From assembly GCA_965178125.1 (NCBI GenBank), contig OZ237748.1:62001-126000 (forward strand): 64,000 nt of DNA, read 5' to 3'. Below the pieces are notes generated by a model. It was not told the DNA's origin. It searched no databases and saw only the letters and a program-made list of their open reading frames with translations. This DNA comes from Bilabrum cf. latius (lineage: Eukaryota). Within the stretch, counting starts at the first letter, position 1. Each line of letters starts with the position of its first letter. The position numbers and the translations under genes were made by a program. This document shows, in pieces, positions 24,701 to 38,600 of this stretch.

Positions 24701-27700
24701 GGATCAGGAACGTGTACCTGGTCACTAACGGACAGGTGCCCAGCTGGCTGGACCTGAACCATCCCAGGATCGCTGTGGTGCCACACGCAGCCATCTACAG
24801 GAACGCCTCCCACCTTCCTACGTTTTCCTCGCCTTCCATCGAGGTGCACCTGCACCGAATCAGGGGCCTCAGCAGACGGTTCCTGTATCTGAACGATGAC
24901 GTTATGTTTGCGGCCGACGTGTGGCCGGAGGATTTCTACACGCACACGGGGGGCTAGATGGTGTACCTAGGCTGGGAGGTGCCCAAGTGCAGCCCGGGCT
25001 GCCTCGACAACTGGATCGGGGACGGGTTCTGCGACCAGGCGTGCAACAACGAGAAGTGCGCTTGGGACGCGGGCGACTGTGCCGAGAAGAACGCGGGCAC
25101 TGATGGGGACGGGGGTCAGGGCGGGGGCAGCGGAGAGGGTGGAGGGCAGGAGGAGGACGACTCGGAGTGGGATGCGGGCCAGTGCTCTCCCGGGTGTCCG
25201 AGCTCCTGGCTGGGTGATAGGGTGTGCGACGCCAAGTGCGATGTGCAGGCATGTGGGTTTGATGGGGGAGACTGCGGGGTGCATCGCATGGTCGCGCTGC
25301 AGGTGCAGTAGAGATACTGGCAACACCCGGAGACCAGAAACGGCAGTGCAGTGCAGCTTCCGGGCGGCATTCAGTGGGCCAGGTTCGAGCTGACGGGGGA
25401 TTCGCCGGGTCCTCCGGCCGATCTTTTGGTGGGTGGATACAACGATGCAGTTGGCGATGAAGATGGCACTGCCGTGAATGGTGCCACGCAGGGCACAGAA
25501 GCAGCATGGGGCATTGGGGGTGGGCAGGGCACAGGGTTTGGTGCAGGGACCGATGCTGACGGACACGGGCGCGCCGGTGGCAGGCCGGTCTCGGTTGCGG
25601 GGCAGGTGGCCAAACAGGCGGTAGCAACTGCAATGGCTCGGCTCAGGAACGCGACCATAGCGCTGCAGTGCGGTGCACCTTCCAGTCAGCGCGACGCGAA
25701 CGCGACAGTCACGGCAGCGGCCCGTGTGCTGAGAGAGGCAGGGAGGCACGAGCTGGTCGGAAGCAACTGGGGGGATGTCAGTGCTGTGCTTGGAGGTGGT
25801 GGTTGGAGTGAGCTGGATGAAGGGTTGCATGGTGGGAATAGTCAGAGTGGTAGTGGCAGTGCTGCTGGGAATGAGGCTAGTGCAGCAGCAGGAGATGGAG
25901 AAGGAGAAGAAGGAGGGGGTGGGAGTGGAGTCCTACTGCCGATGATGCGGCCGGCGGGCGACTGGGCAAGCACCACAGCGGGGTGGGTGAAAGAGGAGGA
26001 GGACGAGGACGAGGAAGACGGGATGTCCAGGGTCTAGAACAGGGCAGCTGCGGTCTCCCTTGCAGCAGCGGGAGGCGCAGCAGAGGGTGGGAGGCGAGCG
26101 GCAGTGGGTGTCGTGCTTGGGGTCGTTGGTGCAATCCTGAAAGGGGGGCACGGAGGCATCGGTGAACGCAAGGCCGCTTCTTCAGATATCGGGTGTGATG
26201 AGTGCGGTGTGACGAGTGGGGATGTCCAGTCCGAGTGGGTTAGTTGGGGCGAGGAGGAGGGCGAGCGGCTGGGGCGGCTTGCATCGAGGAGACAGGCCGG
26301 TCTGTTCGCCGCAGGTCTCAGGAAGTGGATCAAGCGGGAGGAGAAGGAGCGGGGCGATGCGGATGCTGATGAGGATGAATACTGGTAGAGGAAGGGGCGC
26401 GAAGCCATGCTTGCGATGTGGGATAGGGAAGCGAGAGGAGGAGGTGAGGGAGATGATGCTTCGGGTGGTGTTGAAGGGGATGATGCTGTGATGGAGGAGG
26501 GTGTGTGGCAGTGGGGCGGGGGCAGCAGGGTCCGAATGACCGACCTCTCGTTCGGCGGTGAGGATCCGGGGAGTTTCATTCGGTTTCTCGTCGGATGGGA
26601 GCATTCGGCGTCTGCTGTGCTGGGATGGAGCGAGGACAGGTTCGGGCTGTGGCAGTGGGCGCGCACAGTCCGTCCGAATAGCCAGTCGCAAATCAGCCAT
26701 CAAGACGAGACCAACGCAGGTGAGCATGGTCAGCAGAATCAAGCAGGCGACGCTGCTGCCCTGACTCCGCTTGGAAACTCTACCGGTGGATTGAATGCCA
26801 CCAACTCGGGTGTGATGGGACCGACCGAGCCTGCGATGAGTGGCATGCAGCAGTTTGAGCTGGCTGCCATTCGTGCTGCACTGGGCTGCACCCGATTCTA
26901 CCGGTCCTCAGGGCAATCAGGCTTGCGAGACTTTGAGGCAAGCGGTGCATCAGCATAGCCTGCACAGGACGATCAGTAGGCGAGCGCATCTCGCTCCTCC
27001 CAGTGCGGTGCATACCCCTGCAACGCAACCGCTGGTGCACTGAATGCCAGCTCGCCAGTGCCCAACGCTAGCCTAGCTGCAGGTGTGCTGCACGGTGAAG
27101 CCAACATCGGGGCGGCGGATGGTGGGGGCCCAGGTGGTGGGCACGCACAGCTCAACGCAGGCTGGCTTGCAACGGTGTGCGGCAATGGCGTGGCACAGGA
27201 GCAGCTGCTTGACGAGTCGGCACTCGTCACACCATTGCAGGCGTGGATGCGCGTGCAGCTGCGGGCGGAGGGGCCTTCAGCTGCAGAGGAAATCAAGCAG
27301 AATGAGGGGGAGGAGGAGGATGAGGGTGGTGCATCCGAGAGTTCAGCCGGCGGGCAGCGGGCTGGTCGCGCCATTATGCTGGCAAATCGGGTGATGTCTG
27401 CGCTGTCGATGCCCGGCGGTGTGGAAGCTGGTACTGGCGCATCTATATCATCGCCGCCACTGTTATCTGTAGAAGCGGAATCAGCATCAGCTGAAGGCCA
27501 GACTGACGGGCCGTCGCATTCGGCTGTGCAGGACAATGAGCAAGTTGAGCATACTGAACATACTGAGCTCGTTGAGTGGCTGGCCAGTGCAGGTGAGGAG
27601 GCGCTCGAGGAGCTTCTCTCGGAAATCGATGGGCTAAAGCGAGTGCCACTCAGTGTGACGATTGAGGCGCCGCTGCGGTGGGTCACCATGACAGGCAAAG

Positions 27701-30048
27701 CGTCGCAGCAGGCCACCGGAGACTCGTCACACCATCGCAACCGTCGGTTGGCTGCCGCGATGGAGAGCCGGGGCATCTCTGCCTCTGCCTCATCTGTCGC
27801 GGCTGGAGATGCTGCCTTGGACATTGGCAGCATGTTTCGGCCTTTGTCAGCTGCAACTATGAGCAGCGAGGGCAGGAGGAGCAGCATTGCGGCTAGTAGA
27901 AAGCGGAGACTGTCCGGCACGGTGGTGGCTAAGCCCGACCCTGTACCTGGGCTTGGATTCGGAGCTGATCGAGCAAGCAGTGGCATAGTACGGACCAGCG
28001 CGCTTCCCTTCACTCGTCACACGGTTGGCCCCCTTCCCGCCGCCGCGGTGCCTCTCGCCGGCGCCGCCAGAATCGAGGCGGAGAGGGACTGGGCGAGGTG
28101 GGCGCGGGAGGCGGGTGCACTGCACGAGGGTGCATAGGTGCGGGTTGGATCGAGCGGATCGATCACGCAGGCCGTCCCGTTGCCCAGCGGCGGGGGCGGG
28201 GATGGCAGCGGGAGTGCTATGGCGAGGGGCATGAGGTCCCTGCGAGCGGGGGCGGGGGCGGCATTAGCGAGTGGCAGCAAGGGTGACTCAAGCGATGGCG
28301 GGCACCATTGGAGCCGTGGTGCAGGCCCCGATGCCGCTAGTACCGCGGGTCATGATCGAGCCGCTAGTACCGCGGGTCATGATCGAGCCGCTGATACCGC
28401 GGGTCATGATCAAGTCGCTGGTATCGCGGGTCATGATCAAGTCGCTGGTACCGCGGGTCATGATCGAGTCGCTGGTATCGCGGGTCATGATCGAGTCGCT
28501 GGTATCGCGGGTCATGATCGAGTCGCTGGTATCGCGGGTCATGATCGAGTCCTGAGGGCGAGGGCAGAGGTGGAGCTCGGTGCCGTGCTGGCATGGGCGA
28601 GGACGCAGCTGTCCCGCGCCGAGGAGGAGCGATAGTCACCAGGAGACGAGGCGATGGGTTGTCATGGGAGCCCTTGCGATGTGCTGGAGGATCCTGCGGC
28701 GCTGGCGGAATGGGCCAGCGATCAGTACGACGGGCTAGCAGGTGTGGAGCATGCCATGGGGCAGGGGCACGAGCCTTCAGGTGGCGCGGATTCATTCGCT
28801 CTGCCGCCCGGGACGGGCGCGCTGTTGCGGTCGTTCGCGACTCGGAATGGATAGTCAGGTTCACACGGTAGGAGTCCTGCTGCCAGGAGGCGGCTGGACA
28901 CGTACGGGGACTCCCTCGTTCACTCGAACAAGCTCATCTCGGGCGTCTTCGGCCGCCGCACGCGCAAGGTGCCTGCTCACATGCCGCACCTGATCGATCG
29001 CCTTGCCATGCACCAGCTGCAGGAGGCGTTTCCGGGAGAGTTCCAGGCGACGTCCGCGCACCGTTTCCGCAGCTCGTAGGATCTCCAGTACGCATTCACC
29101 TACATGTGGTGGCTGATCGAGGGCGGCGCCCGTCGGGGGATCGACCTTCAGGGGTACTGGAGGAGGGAACTGGACACGGACGGGGACGGGCACCTGAGCG
29201 AGACGGAGCTGAGGACTCTGGTTGCGGTGGTGAAGGGGCATCCACCCGAGGAAGGCGAGGTGGAAGAGGTGAGAGAGTGCCTCGGGAATGCGACGGTGCG
29301 ATCCTCGGGTATGCGCAGCGATGGTGTCGATGGGAATGAAGGCGGTGGGAAGTCCTACTAGCAGGGTGGCGGTGGTGCTGGTGGCCACTCGCCCGAACTC
29401 ACCCATGAGACAAGGCAGGCGGGAGTGGCAGATGCCAGGGAACAAGGAATGGGTCACTCACAGGCCGACAGCTCCACCCCGCACCTGTCTACCACTGGTG
29501 CTGGTGCCGGTGCCGCTAGCAGCAGCAACAACAGCAACAACAACAGCAGCAGCACCAACAACAGCCAGTCGGACCCTGTGGACCCCACAAACCCCCGGGG
29601 AATTCCCCTGGAGTGGCTGACTCTCCGTTCCCTGTCCCAGTGCCCCTCGGCCCTGGACGGACTCAGGCAGCACGCGCGCTTCCCCCGCACCCACACGGAG
29701 CAGGGCGAGGAGGAGATCACCTTCGAGATGGTCACGGACGACCTGGAGGCCACGAGGAAGCAGCTGGATGGGGCGAGGCACCGCAAGACCAAGTTCCTGT
29801 GCGTGAACGACAACATGGAACAGGCGCCGCCGGCCACGCACCAGGCGCTCCAGGATTTCTTCCTGTCGATCGTCCCGCTGCCATGCCCGTTCGAGCTGCC
29901 GGAGGGCCGCACCAACCCGCACCAGTACCTGGGTCCGCTGTTGCACGGCATGTGGAGGAGGAAGATGATCGCGCTGGGGCTGAAAGCAGCGGCAGCGGTG
30001 GTCGTCCTAGTGGTGGTGGTGCTTGCATGGTGCCTGTGCTCGAGTTGA
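21796..30048 (+). CDS. GNPTAB: Stealth-family GlcNAc-1-phosphotransferase alpha/beta precursor (GNPTAB-like), ~2750 aa
   Basis: N-terminal TM, CR1 ([14 protein letters not shown]), CR2 ([34 protein letters not shown]), two LNR repeats, CR3 ([12 protein letters not shown]), EF-hand ([12 protein letters not shown]), CR4 (FLCVNDN) and a C-terminal TM. Single frame with 17 TAG. Ends TGA. Confidence 0.92.
28333..28548 (+). repeat. In-frame 27-bp coding minisatellite x8 ([AV]A[SDG][TI]AGHD[RQ])
   Basis: GYCGCTRRTAYCGCGGGTCATGATCRA units in tandem within the GNPTAB-like spacer. Confidence 0.95.
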
Positions 30049-30496
30049 GTGTGGCCAGGAGCTGCTGGGGGCCCATACCCCCGGTGTGCCTGCCTCGGGC
30101 TGCCTGCACGGTGCTCTGGCAGGTGGGCGGCGGCACGTCCCCGTAACTTGGCTGTTTTCGTGATACACACTGCAAGAGCAGAAACAACGGTTTACCAATT
30201 CAATGCAGCGGAGTAGAGCTTGCCACACACACGCTGCGTGGCACGCTGTCTAGTTCTGTGTCCAGTCTTTATTAGCAATTGTCACACTACTTCTGTCTTG
30301 CGACCAATTCCAATCTGCTGGTAATGCCGAACTAGGCGCGTGAGGCGATAGTCCGCTGTTTTTCTGTCGTTTGCAAGTCTTACACAGAGCGCAAGCTTTA
30401 CATTGAAACAGACCACGAATTTGTGCCCCTCCAATTCGGAAAGCTCCATTTGAGTGCCCGAACGACTAAGAAACGCGTACAAAAAGGTGCTCGGCG

Positions 30497-33400
30497 ATGG
30501 GCTGTGGAGCTTCAGCCCTGCAATCGGGGCCCCATGAACCAGTAAGACGTACTACCTTATGCAAAGTTGTAGGCAATGCATACATATACTCAGTATCACC
30601 CTGCAAACAACTTGACAAATTGTATCTGCAGGCAAGCCAATGCATGGAGCTGCGAGTCGCTAGCTTTGCGAACAAGTCCCGGCCTGATGGACCATACTTG
30701 TAGGTAAGAGACATTCACACATAGTTACACTGATTTAATATGGTCAGCTATCGTGTGCAATACAGGGCTTCCCACCCAAGGACGGTGGTCAGCGACTCCC
30801 TTGTTTCCGTGGTAGCACCATGCTCTGAGTGGGACGCGAATATGGCTCACGGAGTTCTACTTAACACTGAGTGATATATTCCCTTGCAGGTTTGCAATGA
30901 GCGCCATCAGTACGACACAAGAGGGCACATTCGATCTCGGCCAGCACGATTCTGCCGATACTGGATCGTTGGCGTGGTTTACACAAGTGGAGCGAGGGTA
31001 TTTTTTGCTCCATCACACAGCGAAGCATTTTCACTTCGTTAGGGGCTGATTGGACTGGCGCAGCGTGCAGGTGGACCGCTTCACAACGAGAGAGAAGAGC
31101 TAAGCGGCCCCACAGGACAGGCGCCTGCTACAGATCCGCATGCACGCAGTATTCACAGCAATGTTATGCTTCAAGCCATACTAGATGCGGATTTACAAGT
31201 TGCTGTGGCTCAACAACCAGAACAGACGAGCAGCAATAGCGCAGTTCTGACTCTTGGAAGGGTTACAGTGACAGACGCACGCACTGGGATGGGAGACACG
31301 CTGGCAGGCAGTTCTGTCCGCATGACGAGCGCCGGGTCCAAGGATACATCGCCGTCGTACTTGAATCACGCCTAGACGGCCACTAGCATCTCTACAACCA
31401 GCGCCACCATCCCAAGTGCCACCAGCAAGGCCTGCCACCAGCGCCACCAGAAGGACGAGATGGATGTCACTGGCAGCCGACCCATCAAGCCCCTACACAC
31501 TGGCAGTGCGACAAAAGAAGGAGCCCCCATTGCAGTAGGGGCTACTGCAGGAGATAATGCCTTTTCTGCACTACCACTACCCGCTGTGCCTCGATTTCCT
31601 GCCTCTCCAGCTGCCGATCGCAAGGAGGACCGCAAGGCTTTCAGGTACGGCGTGATGACGAGTGAGCGCCAGGCGCGGTGGGCTTTGGCCGAGGCTTGGC
31701 AATCCACCCATGAAGCGAGAACCTCGTGCCGCTCCTCCGTAACTGGAGAGAGAAGAGGCCATGTCGGGCAGGTCGCAGCGAGTGTCTTGAAACTCGGTGC
31801 CCCGTGCGAATAGGACCTGTTCCATGATCCGATCAACGATCCTATTACATGCGCTCCCACCGAGCCCGTGTCTGCTGCCGGCTTCACTAGTGACCCGGGC
31901 CTTCATGGCTCGCCAGAGGACCGAATCTAGGCCTGTGAAAACGTCGCAGGCCACGCAGCCAAGAAGGACAGAAGCACCTCCACTGCCCAAGGCTTGGGCG
32001 GCGACCTTGTCGCCAATCGCATGGGAGGCGCAGCCGAACGTGATCTATCCACGGTCCACCGCAATGTATCCAATTTAGACCCCGCTGGAACCGAGCACGA
32101 TGGCAGTACCGGTGCCCGCGTCACGACAGGCAGGCTCGCTATGGTGATTTCGACCTCTCCTTCCAGTGCGCCGGTGAGCTCCAGCCGCATGAGCCAGGTC
32201 GGGGAAATAGATGTGATCGCGTGCATGCAGCAATCCGGCGAGTCCCATTCGCAGCGGATCATGAATAGCTCCCTTCGCGGTGGAAGAGCGACCAGGCCAA
32301 GGAGCACCAGCGGCAGCAGCGGCAGCAGCAGCAGGTGCACCGCGGAGGCATGGAGGGCGCGGGGCGGCGCACCAAAAGCTGTCAGGGAGTCAAGTGCCTC
32401 GAGCGTCGCATCATCGAGCCATGCGTCTAGCCTCCCTGCGAGGCATCGCCCCAGAGACTACGAGGCTCCGCTGCTGTTCACTGCCAAGGACATACGATCG
32501 TCGAGTCAGTGGAAAAGACGCGTTGCGCGGTACAAGATGCACCTCGCTAAAGAGACTGCACGCAGCCAAACAAGTGAGCGGGCCGTCAACGCCGCAGAAA
32601 CATGGCCACACGTCGCAAATGAGGGGGAAGCTACTAGCCTTTCCAGGGGGATTCGCGGCAGGGCGCGGTCGTGCTCGAGCGCCAGCTCGTCGAAAACTCC
32701 ACCGATGGAGGGAAGGACCCCGCGACTCAAGGTGTACGAACGGCCTTTCGGTGGATTGCACGGCGGGCAAGTGATAGAGGTGAGAGTGCCGCGGGCCAAG
32801 GAGAAGCGGACGGAAGAACCGCGTGGCATTTCCTTCGCGTGTGGAAGCAGAGGCAGAGGCAGAGGCAAGCATCATCCATCGCGCCATGTGGTTAGAGGCA
32901 GGGTCCTGCCCGCCGCATCCGGATCATGCACTGGCACGTGTGGGGACGATAATGGTGATGGCGACACATTAGGGCTTGCTGGCCTGGCGTGTTTTCGTGC
33001 AGTCGAGCTCATATGTGGCAAAGAGCTCGTTGGGCAGCGGCTGCCCGACATCGTCGCCACCCCGGGTGACGGGTCACAGGGAGGCTCGCTTGGCCCGTGC
33101 AACACGATCACGCAGCCCAACTATGCAGACGTATCAATCCCTTGCAGAATTGAGCGAGAACGGGTGACGAGTGGAGACTCAGATGCCACCCCTATCCGGT
33201 TCTCTAGCGCGCTCAACCTCAGGTCGTTCTCCCGAGGCAACGTTCCAACTGAGATTTAGTGTTACGTTTCTGGACGCGACCCCTACGGTGGCAGCGATGG
33301 CGCGGCAAGTCCAGACCACGCGAGCGTATCCGGCAGCCTCCGAGGAATGCCGTTCGCAGCACTGAGCGACATCGGTGGTGGTGGACCTGGTGGGGAGATG

Positions 33401-34390
33401 GGAGTGATGGCCGAGGAGCAGCGGTCTGGCATGACTCAGGGCGGCCAACACAACAACACCAGCAATGCGCAAGCACAGAGCCATGCCCCTGCGTCAGCTA
33501 CTGGACCTGAAGACGGTACACCCACTGATCCACTAGCAGCTTAGATCCAACAGGCTCGTGTCCAACAGGTTCAGCCGATGTCCGATAAACCTACAGCAAG
33601 GTTCCAACATCCATCCGAATCAGCCACAGGACGCAGGATATTATCCACAGCCTAGCTTGGCAGAGGCACCGGTACCCGCAACCGCAGCAGCAGCACGACC
33701 CACGGAGCACGGCCGAGGCTGCTACAGCTGCCAAGGGCCCGCCTGTATGGCCCCGCCCTGCAACGACAGAGATCGCGAGATTCTGTCCTGAAGTGCGTGC
33801 CAGAGGCTGACTTTGAATCTTCGAATGCCTAGCACGCTGCCGAGCAGGACGCGACTCCATGGCACAGTCAAGCGATCAGCAGCAGCAGCAACGATGTCTT
33901 TAGCGGCTCATCCGGTCGGCTGATCGACATGCCAGGGATCGCGCAATCGCGTGAGCAGTCGTCGCAAAAGCTGTATGAATGGGGTGCTACCACGCAGGAA
34001 CGAGACTGCTGTGCAGAGTAGACGCAAGGTGGGCCTGGGATGGGCTGCAACAGTCGCAACACTTCGCACAAATTGGCGCGCGTTGCTAGGGCAGACGATG
34101 CGACGAATGTGAGCCTGGGGGACGAAGACGGCCCGCCACTACAGGAGGAAGGTGGCTGCAGCCGCCGCAATGCTGGCACCAGCAACACTGACAGCAAGCA
34201 CGGTTGCGATGATTCCTGCGCCAGTATCGAGTTGTGTCAGGCCATCGTGACTCCGCTGTTCGTGGTGCGGATCAACGACCCTGAAGGGAAGTGGGCAGGG
34301 TGGTCAGGCAAATTCAAGACGCAAAAGTCGCTGGGGTCTGTGCTTGGGACTGGTGGGATGGTTATGCTTGAGATGCGAGAGATAACATGA
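30497..34390 (+). CDS. Unknown tandem family, paralog 1 (MGCGAS N-terminus); 5' introns, last acceptor at 30889
   Basis: Main exon 30890..34390 is open except for TAGs and ends TGA. Shares blocks with paralogs 2 and 3: YWI.G..YT.G.R.FFAPSH.EAFSL, LQVAVAQQP, ASSLP.RHRPRD..PLLFT, GGL.GGQ.IEV.VP, SIEL.Q.IVTPLFV.R..DP.G.W..W. Confidence 0.75.
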
Positions 34391-34813
34391 TACCCGGAGC
34401 ATGATAGGCATCGAGTCGCAGAGGCAATCAGCGGCAAGACTCTAGATTCCCGACCCTGCTGAGTCGCATTGAGTCTCGGGGATGGATGGTTTCGCAGAGT
34501 ATCATCGAGTCTCGCTGAGGATGCCGGCTTCGATATCGACGAAGCGGGTCTCAACGAAAGGCTCGGCCTGGGGTCGAGCATTGTCGAGGCTCAGCCCCGA
34601 GGGCTCAGTTTTCTATTCTTTGGAATGACGCACGGGTGGCGGGCCAATTTGCCATTATAGTGTGCTAGAATGCTATTTCTGTGCGGGTGCCCGCTCCAGC
34701 GGCTCACAAACAAAGTGCGCATGCCAGTTCACAACTCAAAGTTCTCATCGATAGACTCGCTCTGGTTCGCGGACCCATCCAAGATCGCGCCATCATCATC
34801 CTCACCATCGTCC

Positions 34814-35188
34814 TCATCCAAGATCGTCCTCATCGCAGCCCTCATCGCAGCCCTCGTGGTCCGGGTCGCCATCCTCCATGACTGCTTGCCCGGCGGGGGG
34901 CGGGACTTCTGGCGGCTGCACCGCTGAGGGCTGTGCCCCACCCGCCGCCTGTGCCTGCAGCTGCTCCTGCTGCTGCTCCTGCTGCTAGCAGCCCTTCTTG
35001 AAGTCTGCGAGCACTTGCTGCAGGAACGCTGCGCTGCCCACCGCCCCCGTCTTGCTCTCCGAAAGCGAGCTATCACCTCTTGCCAGATACATATCGCGTG
35101 ACTACTAGCCACGGTAGTCACTAACGGCCTTGAGGATGTCGCGGGCCTGCTGCTTCTTCTGCTCGTCGTCGCTAAAAAGGAACTTCAT
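34814..35188 (-). CDS. Possible small Gln-rich/acidic hypothetical protein or gene fragment
   Basis: MKFLFSDDEQKKQQARDILK... reads through three TAGs, one of which opens a QQEQQQEQLQ run, to TGA. No recognisable domain, and the start is uncertain. Confidence 0.35.
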
Positions 35189-35637
35189 GGCATTCGCGAG
35201 CAGATAATTCGCTCCTTCGAGGAAAATGCGAAGCACTCCATGCGCAGGTAGTATTTAAAATGCATATTTGACCTATACTGACGCAAAAAACGACTTTATC
35301 TGTCGGCATAAAACGCTAGCGTGTGGCTCTCACTGAAGTCCTGCTAGATGCGCCTGTACGACATGTTTCTCGGTATTATTGCAAGAATAGCGAGCAATCT
35401 TAAGTCTTTGAAACTACAAATATAGCGTAGTATAGGTTCAAACAATGTATACTGGCAATACGCACAGTAGACCGTGCAGAGCAAGTGATTTGGGCGTCGG
35501 CGTCCACTGGTGGGCGCCGCGCTGCAGCAACGGAACTTAACATTCTCGAAATTGTAGTTTCTGGCCATCCGTAGGTTATCAAATAGCCAAGAATTAATAT
35601 TGGAGGGAATTCGACTTTCTGGATCGCCGCGACTAAG

Positions 35638-38600
35638 ATGGGGTGTGGTTTATCTGCCGAGCCTTCAGCCAGCCCGTACTCACCGGATTGGGGTCTCAGC
35701 TCTATGCACGTAAGCCCGACAAAAGCATCGGACACGCACTCGCTTTGCCTATATATGCAAACATTTGTCTTCTTAAGCCTCTCACTATGCGGAGTGATCC
35801 ACGCAGACAGGGGACGACCAGTAGACCTAGTGGATGGCCAGCAAGCCACCTCCGAAGCTGAAAGGCAACAGTGCAGGCCAATTGAGGCATACAAAGTCAT
35901 CAGTTTCGAAAAGTGATATAATTAAAGAGGGCGAACTGTCCAAGTCAAAGGTGCAACAGCTCAGCCATCCGGATATGCATGTCGCTGAACCTCACCGACC
36001 CGACAGTAATGATATCCCAACTGAAGAAGGAATCACGTTCTGGATTATAGCAATCAGATATACGAAAGGATCGAGACCTTTCTTTGCTCCACAGCACGGC
36101 GAGGCATTCTCGCTGCAGGTCCACCTCAGCAAGTTGGCGAGGCAGCGCGGTGGCCCGTTGTTTCGCAGCAGCTCAATTTCCACCGACCACCGAGAAAAAC
36201 CTCGGCAGAAATTGAATAAACATCTAACAGGCAGCGGGAGAACTAAAGGCAGTTCCGATCGGCATCAGTCGCGCAGGTCCACGTGCCGCCGATCCAGTCG
36301 CGATGACGATGACGCAAGTCACTGTGAGCTGCAGGTCGCAGTCGCCCAGCAGCCGGACCAGCCCAGCTCTGCCAGCATTCTGCTCACTCTGGGCGCCCTG
36401 ACGGCGTCAGCACCGCACCCGATGACACGGATAGACCAACGTGTGCTGCCCACTGATGTCGACGAGCACAGCGCCATGCGCGCGTGCACCCTAAGAGCCG
36501 TGCATGAGGCATGGCAAGAAAGCAGGCAACGCCAATCCAGACATGCGCTGGAGATGACCGCACGCAAAAAGAAGAAGAAGAAGAGGAGCCGGCGTGCAGC
36601 GGCTGCCTGCCTCCTCCCCTTGTGTCTGAATTAGCACCACCAGCTTGCCGATGCACCGCCAGCACCACCATCCACTACTAGGACTACAAGCGGCCGCACA
36701 AGGACAGATGAAAGGGGGCGGCATGAAAGATCGCTGTACGAGAGACCTACAGGCAGCAAGGAACGTTCCTCCTCGCCGAAGGTTCGCCAGGAGTGCTCCC
36801 GATATGGCATCCTGCACTCTGCGACTCACGCGTGGAGGTGTCTGGGGGTGGCCATAGCGGTGGCGAGGACTGCATTGCACTGCAGAGAGCACCAGATCCA
36901 GGCAAATGATCGGGCGCATACCGGTGCGGGGCCACAGGCGGGGTCTGGTAGTACCCCTCGTTCCCCCTCCTAGTTGCTTGCACCGTCACACGAATCGCTG
37001 CGTCAGGACCAAGGCCGGTCGAGGCAGCCAGCTCGATCCACGGTGCGCCGGCAGGCAGCACTCGTCACACTCAACACGGATCTCAATGCCCAAGATGGAA
37101 AAGTGACGAGTATGTCCAAGCCACACAGCGACGGTGCTGTCACTGCCACTGTCACTGTTACTGGGTCGGGCCAGCACTCGTCACACGTGGGGAACTAGCG
37201 GTCCCGCGCCTCGTCCTGCCTCCCCGGCGAAGTGACACCCGACCGAACCATCATCTCCAGCGGTCATGTGATCGCCGGTCGAGGCGTGGACCCGTCACTC
37301 CAAGACAAGGGCGAGGGTGGTGGCAATCGCAAGGCGCGTAGTAGCAGTGGCTAGACATGTGCCGGGCAGAGAGTGGGGGGCTCTCAACCGACGAGCTGCC
37401 GCACGGACGCGCTGTTAAACGGCTCGGGGGTGCAGATTAGCATGATCGATGAGGCGGACAGTGCACCACAGCCGCAGGGATAGCCGCTGGAATCGCGCTC
37501 TGCACCGACAGAGACAGCTGTGCCCGGCGCAGGATCATTGCATCGTGCCACAGGCGGTGCGTCTCTGCTGCCGGCATGGAGGGGCAGTCGCAGAAGGAGT
37601 CTGGGGGATAGAGCTGACGCGGTGGAGGCCGGCAGCATTACCAGCGGAACCAGCAGCCGATCCACTGCATCCACCCGAGCATCCAGCCTCCCTCGGAGGC
37701 ATCGCCCCAGAGACATCGACATGCCGCTGCTGTTCACTGATCATGACATTGTGGACGGGGACGGCTGCGTGACTCTTGCTCCTGCCGGCGAGAAGGGGCG
37801 TCAGGCCAGGAGGAGACGCAGGAGCACTTCTGCCCACCCGCGAGGCAGGAAGCAGCGCACCGAAATGCTTGCGGGGGCATCGTCATCGTTCGGCAGGTCT
37901 GTATCTAGATCCCGTGTAGCTGGGAAGAGGAACATGCGGAGGAATCATAGCATCGCAGGCACCGTCAGCTGGTCTTCTTCTCTTGATCGCAGGCGCAAAG
38001 GCAGCACTCCTTCGTATGCGCGTCATGCAGGTGACACCGGCCACGCGCCCAAGGAGGCATGGGCTGCAGGGCCGCTGGATTCGGTGTCACATGCGCTGGT
38101 TCGGCTGCGGGTGTTCGAGAAATCCACCGGTGGATTGTCCCGAGGGCAGGTCGTGGAGCTGGAGGTACCCATCGAGGAGTCTGGCGCGATGGATGGAGCC
38201 AGGGAGGAACCGGATTGGCATCGCGATGCCGATCGCAACGTTGCTGAGACGCGCACACTGGTAGCACGGGAGATTATACTAGCCGCTCCTCTCGGCGCAG
38301 ACACGGTCGTGACGGACGTGGTTGTATCACAACCCCTTGACCCCGTCCAAGGGATCGGTCGATAGCCACAAGCTGCTGCTGGGACCGGACCGGAACCTGC
38401 CACAGGGACAGCGTCGTATGAGAGCCTTTCTAGCCTGGTGGCCCAGCACTCTCTCGTCGCTGCAGGCTCGAGTTCGCGGTCAAGGGGGGGCGGCCCTGGC
38501 GCCTCCGGGTCCGGGTCCGGGTCCGGGTCCGGATCCAGAAGCTTCGTTGCTCGGCCAGGTCGCACGCAGGACCAGGTAGGGCAGGGGCAGGAGCAGGAGC

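Noticed and set aside
10367-24957. TAG as pyrrolysine or programmed leaky read-through
   Set aside because: There are too many TAGs per gene (up to 17), and they fall in Gln contexts. No pyl genes are seen in the window.
1818-30048. Cluster of pseudogenes with nonsense mutations
   Set aside because: Interruptions are exclusively TAG, with no frameshifts and no internal TGA or TAA. Catalytic motifs are intact and TAG aligns with Gln.
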